Of a stretch of DNA of 64,000 bases, positions 45,311 to 53,758 are shown in pieces. The DNA comes from an uncultured Lentisphaeraceae bacterium (GTDB taxonomy: Bacteria; Verrucomicrobiota; Kiritimatiellia; RFP12; UBA1067). The stretch covers positions 24,139 to 88,138 of the forward strand of contig CAYOQJ010000039.1 of assembly GCA_964406095.1 (NCBI GenBank). The letters are read 5' to 3'. Made by a program: the position numbers and the translations under genes. The first letter of the stretch is position 1. Each line of letters begins with the position of its first letter. The notes beneath the pieces were generated by a model, which worked only from the letters and a program-made list of their open reading frames with translations, made no database searches and was not told the origin of the DNA.

Positions 45311-46006
45311 ATGTTTTTCATAGATCCGTTTTATATTGTAATCATGATCCCGGCACTGGTTCTGGCCGGGGTGGCCTCGCTGACTGTTAAAACAACATTC
45401 AAAAAATACTCCAAGGTGCGCTCTTATTCCGGGATGACCGGTGCGCAGGCCGCCGAACGGATGCTGCAGCGTAATGGTATATTTGATGTACGGGTTGAAC
45501 AGACAAAAGGCTTCCTCTCCGATCATTACGATCCACGCGGTAAAGTACTGAGATTGTCGCCGGATGTTTTTAGCGGCAATTCGCTCTCGGCGATAGGTGT
45601 GGCCTGTCATGAGGCGGGACATGCCCTGCAACATGCTTCCGGTTACGTTCCGCTGAGTATCCGTTCGGCAATGGTGCCGGTAACCAGTTTCAGCAGTTCA
45701 CTCTCTTTCTATGTTTTTTTCGCAGGTATGCTTTTCCGGTCGCAGATGCTGATGTACGCCGGCATAATCATGTTTGCGGTGGCTTTTCTTTTTTCAGTTG
45801 TCACACTGCCGGTCGAGTGGAACGCCAGTGCGCGGGCAAAACAGTATATTGTCGATTCCGGTATCGTTTCGCCTTCACAGGCTGACGACAGCGGCAAGGT
45901 GCTGAATGCCGCATTTTTAACCTATGTGGCGGCGGCGGTCAGTTCATTGCTTACTCTGCTTTACTACCTGTTGCGCTCCGGTCTGCTCGGCGGCAGTGAT
46001 GATTAA
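45311..46006 (+). CDS. membrane zinc metallopeptidase (YugP/Zn_peptidase_2-like)
   Basis: N-terminal TM, then FLSDHYDPRGKVLRLS and HEAGHALQH (HExxH), then C-terminal TM helices; 231 aa. Confidence 0.8.
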   Translation: MFFIDPFYIVIMIPALVLAGVASLTVKTTFKKYSKVRSYSGMTGAQAAERMLQRNGIFDVRVEQTKGFLSDHYDPRGKVLRLSPDVFSGNSLSAIGVACHEAGHALQHASGYVPLSIRSAMVPVTSFSSSLSFYVFFAGMLFRSQMLMYAGIIMFAVAFLFSVVTLPVEWNASARAKQYIVDSGIVSPSQADDSGKVLNAAFLTYVAAAVSSLLTLLYYLLRSGLLGGSDD

Positions 46007-46030
46007 AAAAGAAAGGATTACAATTTAATT

Positions 46031-47908
46031 ATGGCTAGAAAGAAACATACCTTTAAAGCTGAAATTCAAAAGGTTCTCGATCTTGTTGTCCATTCGCTCT
46101 ATTCCAAAAAAGAGATTTTTCTGCGCGAGCTTATATCAAACGCCTCTGATGCGATCGACCGTGCCCAATACGCCGCATTGACCGATAAATCACTGCTCTG
46201 TGATGTTCCCGGCTGGGAAATCAAGATCGTGCTCGATAAAAAAGAGAACACCCTGATGATCTCCGACAACGGTATGGGTATGAGTGAAGATGAGTTGGAT
46301 AAAAACCTTGGGGTCATCGCCAGTTCCGGGACAAAAGCTTTTGTCAATGCCTTGAAGGCTGATAAAGAGGTTGACGTGCCCGAGTTGATCGGTCAATTCG
46401 GTGTTGGTTTCTACTCCGCTTTCATGGTCGCCGAGCAGGTGGAGGTCATAACCCTCCGGCGCGGCAAGAATCAGCAGGCTGTTAAATGGGTTTCCGATGG
46501 TATCGGTTCATATACAATCGAGCCTGCTGCCCGTGAGGTGCCCGGAACCACGATAGTTTTGAAGCTGCGTGAAGACCAAAAGGAGTATCTTGATCAGTGG
46601 AGGGTACGCGAGCTGGTCAAGAAATACTCTGATTTTATAGCCTACCCGATACGCTTAGGTGAAGATGGCGAACCGCCGAAAGATGACAGTGAGCCTCTCA
46701 ATGCGATGACGGCCCTTTGGAAGCGATCAAAGGAAGAGGTCTCCGAACAGGAGTACAACGAGTTTTACACCCATTTGTCTCATGATCATCAGCCGCCACT
46801 GAAATTGATTCATCTCTCGGTTGAAGGGGTTGTCGAGTTCCGTGCCCTGCTTTATATACCGGCCCAGGCCGGATTCGATCTGATGCTGCCCAATCAGAAA
46901 CATGGCTTGAATCTATATGTCAGAAATGTTTTGATCGGTTCCGATTTCGACATGCTGCTGCCCGATTACCTGCGCTTTGTCAAAGGTGTTGTCGACTCAA
47001 GCGATCTACCCCTGAATGTCTCCCGCGAAATGTTGCAGGATGATGCGGTTGTCAGAAAGATAAGAAGCAGTCTGACCGGTAAAATTCTGAATTCGCTGAC
47101 AGAGATGATGCGGGATGAATCGGAGAAATACAGAAATTTCTATGCTGCGTTCGGTCGCATCTTGAAAGAGGGTCTGCATAGCGACTGGGAAAACAGCGAC
47201 AAGTTGAAAAAACTGCTCATGTTTCCATCCGCCAAAACGGAACAGGGCTATCTGATCTCGCTGACTGACTATGTGCAGGCCATGCCGCAAAATCAGAGTG
47301 AGATATATTACCTGATTGCCGAGGATGAAAAAAATGCACGCCAATCTCCACTGCTCGAAATGCTCACCGAGCGCGGTTTCGATGTACTCTTTTTAGTTGA
47401 CCCGATTGATCAGTGGGTCGCGCAGTCATTGAATGAATTTGAGAATAAAAAATTCACGGCAATCGATAAAGGTGAACTGCAATTCGGTGACGAGAAAGAT
47501 CAGCAGGAACTCAAAGAGAAACTGCAACAGAGTACGGAGTCGTTCAAAGAGCTGATTGACTACATAAAAAATAAACTCAGCGATGATGTAAAAGAGGTGC
47601 GTCTGTCAGCGCGATTGAAGGGTTCTCCCGCCTGTCTGGTGGCCGATGAGAATGCCTTGAATCCGGCTATGGAACGTATGATGCGCGCGATGAATCAGGA
47701 GGTGCCCCGGCAACTGCGAATACTTGAGCTGAATGCCGATCACCCGTTGATCGACAAACTGAAAAAGCTGTTTGATGCCGATCCCGCCGACCGGCTGCTG
47801 AACGACTACATAGAGTTGATCTTCGGTTTGAGCCTGTTGAGCGAAGGCGCGGCTGTCAAAGACCCGCAACGCTTCAATCAATTTGTCTCCGAGCTGATGC
47901 TCAAATAA
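46031..47908 (+). CDS. htpG: molecular chaperone HtpG (Hsp90)
   Basis: FKAEIQKVLDLVVHSLYSKKEIFLRELISNASDAIDR and IGQFGVGFYSAFMVA; 625 aa. Confidence 0.95.
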   Translation: MARKKHTFKAEIQKVLDLVVHSLYSKKEIFLRELISNASDAIDRAQYAALTDKSLLCDVPGWEIKIVLDKKENTLMISDNGMGMSEDELDKNLGVIASSGTKAFVNALKADKEVDVPELIGQFGVGFYSAFMVAEQVEVITLRRGKNQQAVKWVSDGIGSYTIEPAAREVPGTTIVLKLREDQKEYLDQWRVRELVKKYSDFIAYPIRLGEDGEPPKDDSEPLNAMTALWKRSKEEVSEQEYNEFYTHLSHDHQPPLKLIHLSVEGVVEFRALLYIPAQAGFDLMLPNQKHGLNLYVRNVLIGSDFDMLLPDYLRFVKGVVDSSDLPLNVSREMLQDDAVVRKIRSSLTGKILNSLTEMMRDESEKYRNFYAAFGRILKEGLHSDWENSDKLKKLLMFPSAKTEQGYLISLTDYVQAMPQNQSEIYYLIAEDEKNARQSPLLEMLTERGFDVLFLVDPIDQWVAQSLNEFENKKFTAIDKGELQFGDEKDQQELKEKLQQSTESFKELIDYIKNKLSDDVKEVRLSARLKGSPACLVADENALNPAMERMMRAMNQEVPRQLRILELNADHPLIDKLKKLFDADPADRLLNDYIELIFGLSLLSEGAAVKDPQRFNQFVSELMLK

Positions 47909-48991
47909 TCAAGGTGTTATAAAACCGCTGCCGACCACGCAGTCGCCGCTGTATAAAACCAGTGCTTGGCCTGGAGTTACACCTAAGACCGGTGTTTCAA
48001 AATGCAGCTCGACCGAGTCATTTTCGATTGCTGTTATCACGGCCCGGATCGGGTGCTGGCGGTAACGAACCTGCGCATCGAGAGTTGTTCCAACCCTCGG
48101 CCTGTTACAATGCCAGGTGAAAGCAGAGGCCTTGCAGCAGCTGCTGCGGGCCGCTCTCTCATCCGCACTTACGGTAATGGCGCCGCTCCGCGGATCGATT
48201 GCCGTGATCTTGACCCTGCTGCCGGTTGCAAAATTCAAGCCGCGCCGCTGACCTATCGTGTATCGGTGGATGCCTGTGTGGTGACGCAGCACTCGGCCCT
48301 CTTCATCAATGAAAACACCGCAGACCCGAGACCCCGAAAATTTGCGGCAGAGAGAATCAGCAAAGTCACCCTGTTCTCCAGTAAAACAGAGGTCCTGGCT
48401 CTCCCGGAGCGCCGCGCTGGCCAGCGCATTTTCCGCGGCAAGTCTGCGCACCTCATCCTTGCGCATCTCTCCGAGAGGAAAGATGATCCGTTCCAGAATA
48501 TTCTGCGTTAGCCCGGCTAAAAAATAACTCTGCTCTTTGTCCGGATCAACCCCACGCTTCAGCAGGCATCTTCCTTGTGCATCGCGGCCTGTGCGGGCAT
48601 AATGACCAGTGGCGATCATGCGTGCCCCCACACGGTCGGCAACGCGGATCAGCTCGGCAAACTTGACGGCATAGTTGCAGATGTAACAGGGGTTTGGTGT
48701 GCTTCCCTGCTCAAACAACCGCCAGCATTGATGCAGCACTCTTTGCTGAAAAGACCCGGAACAGTCGACAATCTCCAGCGGTACGTCAAGCTCGTCCGCT
48801 GTGCGCTGTGCCCGAACTAATGCCTGCAAGTTGCCGCACTCCCGCTTGCTCGACCCCGGTCTCAGACCGCTGCTAATTTTCAGGGTAACCCCCAAAACAT
48901 TGAATCTCCGTTTGAGCAGCAGCACTGCCACCGATGAGTCAACCCCGCCCGACATCCCCACAACAACACGCTCTCTCTTGCACTCTGCCAT
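47909..48991 (-). CDS. mnmA: tRNA 2-thiouridine(34) synthase
   Basis: PP-loop VVVGMSGGVDSSVAV and ATGHYAR motif; 360 aa. Its stop abuts the htpG stop with no spacer. Confidence 0.9.
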   Translation of the reverse strand: MAECKRERVVVGMSGGVDSSVAVLLLKRRFNVLGVTLKISSGLRPGSSKRECGNLQALVRAQRTADELDVPLEIVDCSGSFQQRVLHQCWRLFEQGSTPNPCYICNYAVKFAELIRVADRVGARMIATGHYARTGRDAQGRCLLKRGVDPDKEQSYFLAGLTQNILERIIFPLGEMRKDEVRRLAAENALASAALRESQDLCFTGEQGDFADSLCRKFSGSRVCGVFIDEEGRVLRHHTGIHRYTIGQRRGLNFATGSRVKITAIDPRSGAITVSADERAARSSCCKASAFTWHCNRPRVGTTLDAQVRYRQHPIRAVITAIENDSVELHFETPVLGVTPGQALVLYSGDCVVGSGFITP

Positions 48992-49225
48992 TAACGCTCA
49001 TTGTCTCAACTTCACCGTGAAATACAAACAGAAAATTAACAAAATTTTTCAGGATTTATCCTTGCTTTTTTGCCTTAGAGAGTGATAAGTTAATCACTGC
49101 TAGGAAAATTGTACTAGATTTGAGTGGCGCAAGATAGCTACCGCTGTCTGTGCTGGATCGATTTAGATTTATAATCTCCTTGATGATTTTCCCGAAAAGA
49201 TGTTACTATCAATACGAATTTTCGA

Positions 49226-49954
49226 TTGATTGAAATTTTTGAATTTGCGAGAGATAAAAAGTTGAACCTGATATTGAGATTATGCGTTGCAGTGGCAATT
49301 GGTTTATCTGTTATCGGGCTCAGCGGATGCGCGACGATCAGTAAATTTGCCAGTAGTTTGAAAGAGCACAACCCGTCCGATGATCCGGGGTTCGGTGTAC
49401 AGGCGGAGTTTGTCGAGTTTAAAGAGGGCCAACCCCTGATCCGATCAGGACTGACACTGCGGATCGGAGTGACAGCTTCGGGCGACTCGGCCGTGCAGGA
49501 CGTGACCAAAGAGGTCGATCTCAACGGACAGGTGCTTATGCCGCTGATCGGCGCTGTCAAATGCGAGGGGTTGACGGTTATAGAACTGCAGGAGGTACTG
49601 ACCGAGGCATACAGAAAGTATTTTATCGAACCTCAGGTGACGGTCAACTTTATGTACCAGCCTGGAATGAAGTCCCCTTGGGGTACGGTGCTGATGACCG
49701 GTGAAGTTGCGAAGTTCGGTCCGGTGGATATGCCTTCAACCCGTGATTTGACGGTGACCCGCGCACTGATGATGGCAGGCGGAACAACCCCGCTGGCCAA
49801 CAAGAAAAAGGTGCTGGTCTGGCGCAGGAAAAAAAACGGAGAGCTGACAAAATTTGAAGTTGATATAGAAGCGATCGGCAAAGAGGGCAGGCAGGAGCTT
49901 GATATAAAGTTGAAACCGGGTGATGTGGTCTTTGTGCCCGAGTCGTGGTATTGA
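49226..49954 (+). CDS. Wza-like polysaccharide export lipoprotein (Poly_export + SLBB)
   Basis: Lipobox VIGLSG|C. Segments LNGQVLMPLIGAVKCEGLTVIELQEVLTEAYRKYFIEPQVTVNF and SLBB-like LTVTRALMMAGG...LKPGDVVFVPE. The start is uncertain (TTG 49226 or TTG 49262). Confidence 0.8.
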   Translation: MIEIFEFARDKKLNLILRLCVAVAIGLSVIGLSGCATISKFASSLKEHNPSDDPGFGVQAEFVEFKEGQPLIRSGLTLRIGVTASGDSAVQDVTKEVDLNGQVLMPLIGAVKCEGLTVIELQEVLTEAYRKYFIEPQVTVNFMYQPGMKSPWGTVLMTGEVAKFGPVDMPSTRDLTVTRALMMAGGTTPLANKKKVLVWRRKKNGELTKFEVDIEAIGKEGRQELDIKLKPGDVVFVPESWY

Positions 49955-49978
49955 ACCTTTACGTGAAGGAGTAGATAG

Positions 49979-50893
49979 ATGAAAAAATTGACATCAATAT
50001 GTGTGATTGCGGCATGTATCTTCAGTTGCCTCGGTTCGCTCGCTCAGGGCGTTGAGCTGAAAAGATCGCAGTGGCTCAAGAAAATCGGTGAGTCAGTTAT
50101 GGATGCAAAGATTCTTAACGACACCTTTGCTCAGATTCCGGATTCCGACAAAGTTGAGTTTGTCGAACGCATTATGAAGGCGGTATCGCGCATGCCGGTC
50201 GAACCGGAGAAAAAGGCGGCCACCTTTGTCAATGTTGCCGTTGATTGTATTCAGGGTGCCAGAGGCGATATTCGCTATGATGTAATCGCCGAGGTTTTTG
50301 CGACCGTTCCAGTCGTCTTTCTGCCGGTTGTCACCGAGGAGCTCTCCAAACGCTTCAATCAGGAGTTTAATAAACTTTCTGATGAAGACTATGAAAAGAT
50401 TGCCACATCGGTCATGCGGATTGCTGCTGAGCGCAACACCCGAACCGCTGATCCCGCCGTGCGGGATACCTTTGTGGCCCTTGCCTTTCTACGCGGCACG
50501 GATAATACAGCACTGGAAGCGAAACTGCTGGAACTTATCGGTGATGAGAGAACCGAAAGACTTGTCGCTGGATGGTTGCCCGCGGCGCTGAACGGTGACT
50601 ACGCCGCCCTGCTCGCCGCTGCCGATGTCGAACCACTCAAAATCAATGCTCGGGAGTTTCAACGCCAGGTTGGCCACTCCAATATAGAGGGGATGGTATC
50701 CACCCTCCGTTCCGGCAGTGTCATGGAACAGCTTTTCGTAGACACCTGGGTTACCGATACCACCGGTTTTAATGAGCCGACCGATTTCGGTGTCAACCGT
50801 ACACCGCGATACTATCCGGTTCCACAAGGTTACCAAAACCAGAAAATCAGCGTCATTAGATGCCCATGGTGTTCCCCCTGCAAAATAAAATAA
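49979..50893 (+). CDS. secreted hypothetical protein (304 aa), helical, Cys-rich C-terminus (RCPWCSPCKIK)
   Basis: GGAG lies 7 nt before the ATG. Signal peptide MKKLTSICVIAACIFSCLGSLAQG. I recognised no motif. It is embedded between the export-locus genes. Confidence 0.65.
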   Translation: MKKLTSICVIAACIFSCLGSLAQGVELKRSQWLKKIGESVMDAKILNDTFAQIPDSDKVEFVERIMKAVSRMPVEPEKKAATFVNVAVDCIQGARGDIRYDVIAEVFATVPVVFLPVVTEELSKRFNQEFNKLSDEDYEKIATSVMRIAAERNTRTADPAVRDTFVALAFLRGTDNTALEAKLLELIGDERTERLVAGWLPAALNGDYAALLAAADVEPLKINAREFQRQVGHSNIEGMVSTLRSGSVMEQLFVDTWVTDTTGFNEPTDFGVNRTPRYYPVPQGYQNQKISVIRCPWCSPCKIK

Positions 50894-51012
50894 CATCACC
50901 TTGAGCAGGTCTGCAGGCCTCTGACCGGATTACCATAGGCACACACCGTTTTTTAACGGTCGAAGGAGAGCGATATGATGCAGTTCCAACTATTTGAAGG
51001 AGTGCAAAAGTT

Positions 51013-52224
51013 ATGACAAATAAGAAACAATTAGTCGTGGGGATGATGGTTTTTACAGGGTTGTTGCTGAAAGCTCAATCTTCCGGCGCGGAGGAGCCGA
51101 ACGGGTTGAGATATAACAATCTTTCCGTTTCACCCTATGTGAATCTTGAGTATACCTATGACTCCAATGTGAACTACTCCAGTGATGACGAGGAGGATGA
51201 CAATATCTTTTCAATTCATCCGGGAGTCGATCTGAATTACAAGGGCAATGACTGGGGGCTCAACGGTACCGCCTGGTACCGTCGCGATTTCTATCAGGAC
51301 AACGACCGGCTGGATGAGGACAGCTACGGCGAAAGTGTCGACTTCTACTGGGAATCGCCGCGTGGTCTCAGCTTCCTGCTTGGGCAACGCTATGTGATGA
51401 GTTCCCAGAGCGATTCGCTGACCTCCGAGCCGAACGGACGGGGCATGTGGCGTGACCGCAATGAGTTTGAGCTCAGCGGCGCCCTATCCTACGCTTTCAG
51501 CGAGAGAACCCGCGCCACCATCAACGCCATGTACTACGACCTGTGGTACGATAACGATGGTGATCAGTACCGTCCGCTCTATGGCTGGGAGGAGTATTCG
51601 GTCGGGCTGCAGTTGGCCCGCCAGTTGACCGCCAAGAGCGATTTTCTTATCAATGGTTCGTATCAGGAGTATAAGAGCGACGGGGCGGTTCGAGGTGTAA
51701 GCTCCGACAGCTCCGGTTATACGCTCATGGCCGGTTTCGGTTCACGCGCCACCGAAAGAATCAAATACAATCTGCTGGCCGGTGCCTCGATGTTCGACTA
51801 CGCCGAAGGTGATCAGCTGTACGGTTTTGTCTATAATGCCAATGTAAGTTGGTTGCTCTCACGCAAGTGGGCCGCTACCTTCGCCGGGTCAAGTCAGTTC
51901 CAGCCCAGCGAACGCGAAGCCAATCAGGCTACCCAGAACTATACGGCATCTTGCGGTTTAACTTACAAAATGACCCGCCGTCTGACCGCTTCGATGGATT
52001 TGGCCTACCGCCGTGAGGAAAATGAGTACAGCTACGATTACGGCAACGGAGTAGAAAGTTCAAGCAGCGACGACCGCTACTCCGCGCGTCTGATGACCCG
52101 CTATCAGTTGAAGAAATACGCATCACTCTACGCCGGTGTTGAATATGAGGATCAACGCTCTGATGATGAGCAGAGCGAGTTTGACCGCTTTCGCGGGAAA
52201 TTGGGGTTGAGCCTGCGCTACTAG
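51013..52224 (+). CDS. outer-membrane beta-barrel protein of polysaccharide-export loci (BBP2-like)
   Basis: It has a signal peptide, alternating amphipathic strands rich in Y/G/S/D, and a C-terminal LGLSLRY ending in an aromatic residue. Confidence 0.7.
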   Translation: MTNKKQLVVGMMVFTGLLLKAQSSGAEEPNGLRYNNLSVSPYVNLEYTYDSNVNYSSDDEEDDNIFSIHPGVDLNYKGNDWGLNGTAWYRRDFYQDNDRLDEDSYGESVDFYWESPRGLSFLLGQRYVMSSQSDSLTSEPNGRGMWRDRNEFELSGALSYAFSERTRATINAMYYDLWYDNDGDQYRPLYGWEEYSVGLQLARQLTAKSDFLINGSYQEYKSDGAVRGVSSDSSGYTLMAGFGSRATERIKYNLLAGASMFDYAEGDQLYGFVYNANVSWLLSRKWAATFAGSSQFQPSEREANQATQNYTASCGLTYKMTRRLTASMDLAYRREENEYSYDYGNGVESSSSDDRYSARLMTRYQLKKYASLYAGVEYEDQRSDDEQSEFDRFRGKLGLSLRY

Positions 52225-52258
52225 GTAACAGCCGGTTTGTGATATCACTTTCGTAAAG

Positions 52259-52296
52259 GCGTCTGCGCGGTGTTGTGAGGCATGCCAGACGCTTTT
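52259..52296 (+). terminator. candidate rho-independent terminator after the beta-barrel gene
   Basis: The 7-bp stem is GCGTCTG (52259-52265) / CAGACGC (52286-52292), followed by TTTT (52293-52296). The 20-nt loop is long, which weakens the call. Confidence 0.35.
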
Positions 52297-52318
52297 CTGA
52301 TCGGAGTATTGTTCAGCT

Positions 52319-53725
52319 ATGCTTCAGAGACTATTTACAAAATATTGGCTCGCGTTCAATATCGGATTCACCGTTGTCCTGTCATGGCTGATTCTTCCGC
52401 GATCAATCAGGTCATCCAGTTTTTCTTTTCTGCTGTTGATGTCGTTTCTTATTGTCGAGATGACACTGTTGCTACCCTCGGTTTATCGCGGGGAGACGCT
52501 GCAAACCGCCAGGGTGCGCGTGCTCTCAAATTTAAAGCGTGATGGATTTACCTACGCCGCCCTTTTCATGCTTCTTTATCTTGGTGCCCAGTGGCTGAAT
52601 GGTGGTTTGGAATCAGTTTACGATATCAGGGCCGGAGTGTGGGGTTATCAGGCACCCGATGCCGCATGGCTGCCCAGTAGCATCAAAAGCGATGATGCTT
52701 TTCGGGCTTTCAATGTTGCCACTGCTCTGCTGATAATCGGGTGCGCTCTGCGCAATGCTGTGGGCAAACGGGCCAAACGGGCTTTGTTGCAATGGCTCAG
52801 TGTGTGTAGTGGGGTCTTCGCTCTTTTTGCCGTAGCCACGGGGTTGTTCGGCAGTGAGCCCTACTCTACCTATATGTATATGCCACTGACATGCGGCTGG
52901 GGCACCTTTTTCGGGTTCTGGATGATTGTTGCGATCGGAGCATTTGCAGAGTCCCTTTCGTCGCAAAGCGGCAGACCCTACCTGGTTTATATTTTAGGCA
53001 TAGCTTGCAATTTGATCGGAGTCCTGTTTTACGCATCGTTGCCGACTACGCTCTTCTATATCGGCTTAAGTATTATTCTGATGATTTACGCCGGTATATC
53101 CATCGCATTTCATACGCCTAAACATTTCAATGTCAAAATGTTCTTTCTTACCGTTTTTGTGTATCTCTCGATCTTAGGAACCGGTTTCTTTGCTTTGCCG
53201 GAAGGAGCGGTAGCAACCAAGATTAACGGTGCTTCAGAGATGACAGAGCACTTTGAGCAGCATGCCGCCACCAGATCAGCACGGATGGATGCGGCAATGC
53301 AGATATGGCAGGATCACATTTGGTACGGTAGCGGAGTCAACGGGTTCGAACACTATCTCGGCTCCGTGCTTGATAATCAGGCTTGGAGCAAGATACGTGC
53401 TGATAAAGGTTTTGTTTACAATGATATGGTGCAGATTCTCTGTGAGTTTGGTGTGCTGGGATCGGCGGCCTTGGCAGCCGTGATTGTCGTACTGCTTGTT
53501 CCGCTCTTTTATCGTGCCCATATCGCCTGGGTCAAAGATACCCGCGACGCTAACGCCGGACGCAAATATATGTTGAGGATTTCTCCCGTTGTCGTTACCG
53601 GTACGATCGCCATTCTGGTGTGCTTGGCGGAATCATTCGCCGCCAGCCCGTTCAGAATGCCGGCTATGGTTTTTTCTTTTTTTGTCGTCCTTTTAACAAT
53701 GCCGACCTTTCTGCCAGCTCGCTGA
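52319..53725 (+). CDS. O-antigen ligase / Wzy-like polytopic membrane protein
   Basis: More than 10 predicted TM helices. A periplasmic loop carries RMDAAMQIWQDHIWYGSGVNGFEHY, typical of the O-antigen-ligase (Wzy_C) domain. The start codon is uncertain. Confidence 0.7.
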   Translation: MLQRLFTKYWLAFNIGFTVVLSWLILPRSIRSSSFSFLLLMSFLIVEMTLLLPSVYRGETLQTARVRVLSNLKRDGFTYAALFMLLYLGAQWLNGGLESVYDIRAGVWGYQAPDAAWLPSSIKSDDAFRAFNVATALLIIGCALRNAVGKRAKRALLQWLSVCSGVFALFAVATGLFGSEPYSTYMYMPLTCGWGTFFGFWMIVAIGAFAESLSSQSGRPYLVYILGIACNLIGVLFYASLPTTLFYIGLSIILMIYAGISIAFHTPKHFNVKMFFLTVFVYLSILGTGFFALPEGAVATKINGASEMTEHFEQHAATRSARMDAAMQIWQDHIWYGSGVNGFEHYLGSVLDNQAWSKIRADKGFVYNDMVQILCEFGVLGSAALAAVIVVLLVPLFYRAHIAWVKDTRDANAGRKYMLRISPVVVTGTIAILVCLAESFAASPFRMPAMVFSFFVVLLTMPTFLPAR

Positions 53726-53758
53726 CTGTAAACGATTTTTTGAGTGAGGAGATGTTTT

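Noticed and set aside
47906-47911. htpG and mnmA stop codons abut with zero spacer (convergent)
   Set aside because: This is only a compact-genome curiosity. No hairpin or overlap-encoded element is visible.
50945-50960. Hairpin ACCGTT-tttt-AACGGT upstream of the beta-barrel gene
   Set aside because: There is no T-tract after the stem and it sits inside a short intergenic leader, so evidence for a terminator or attenuator is insufficient.
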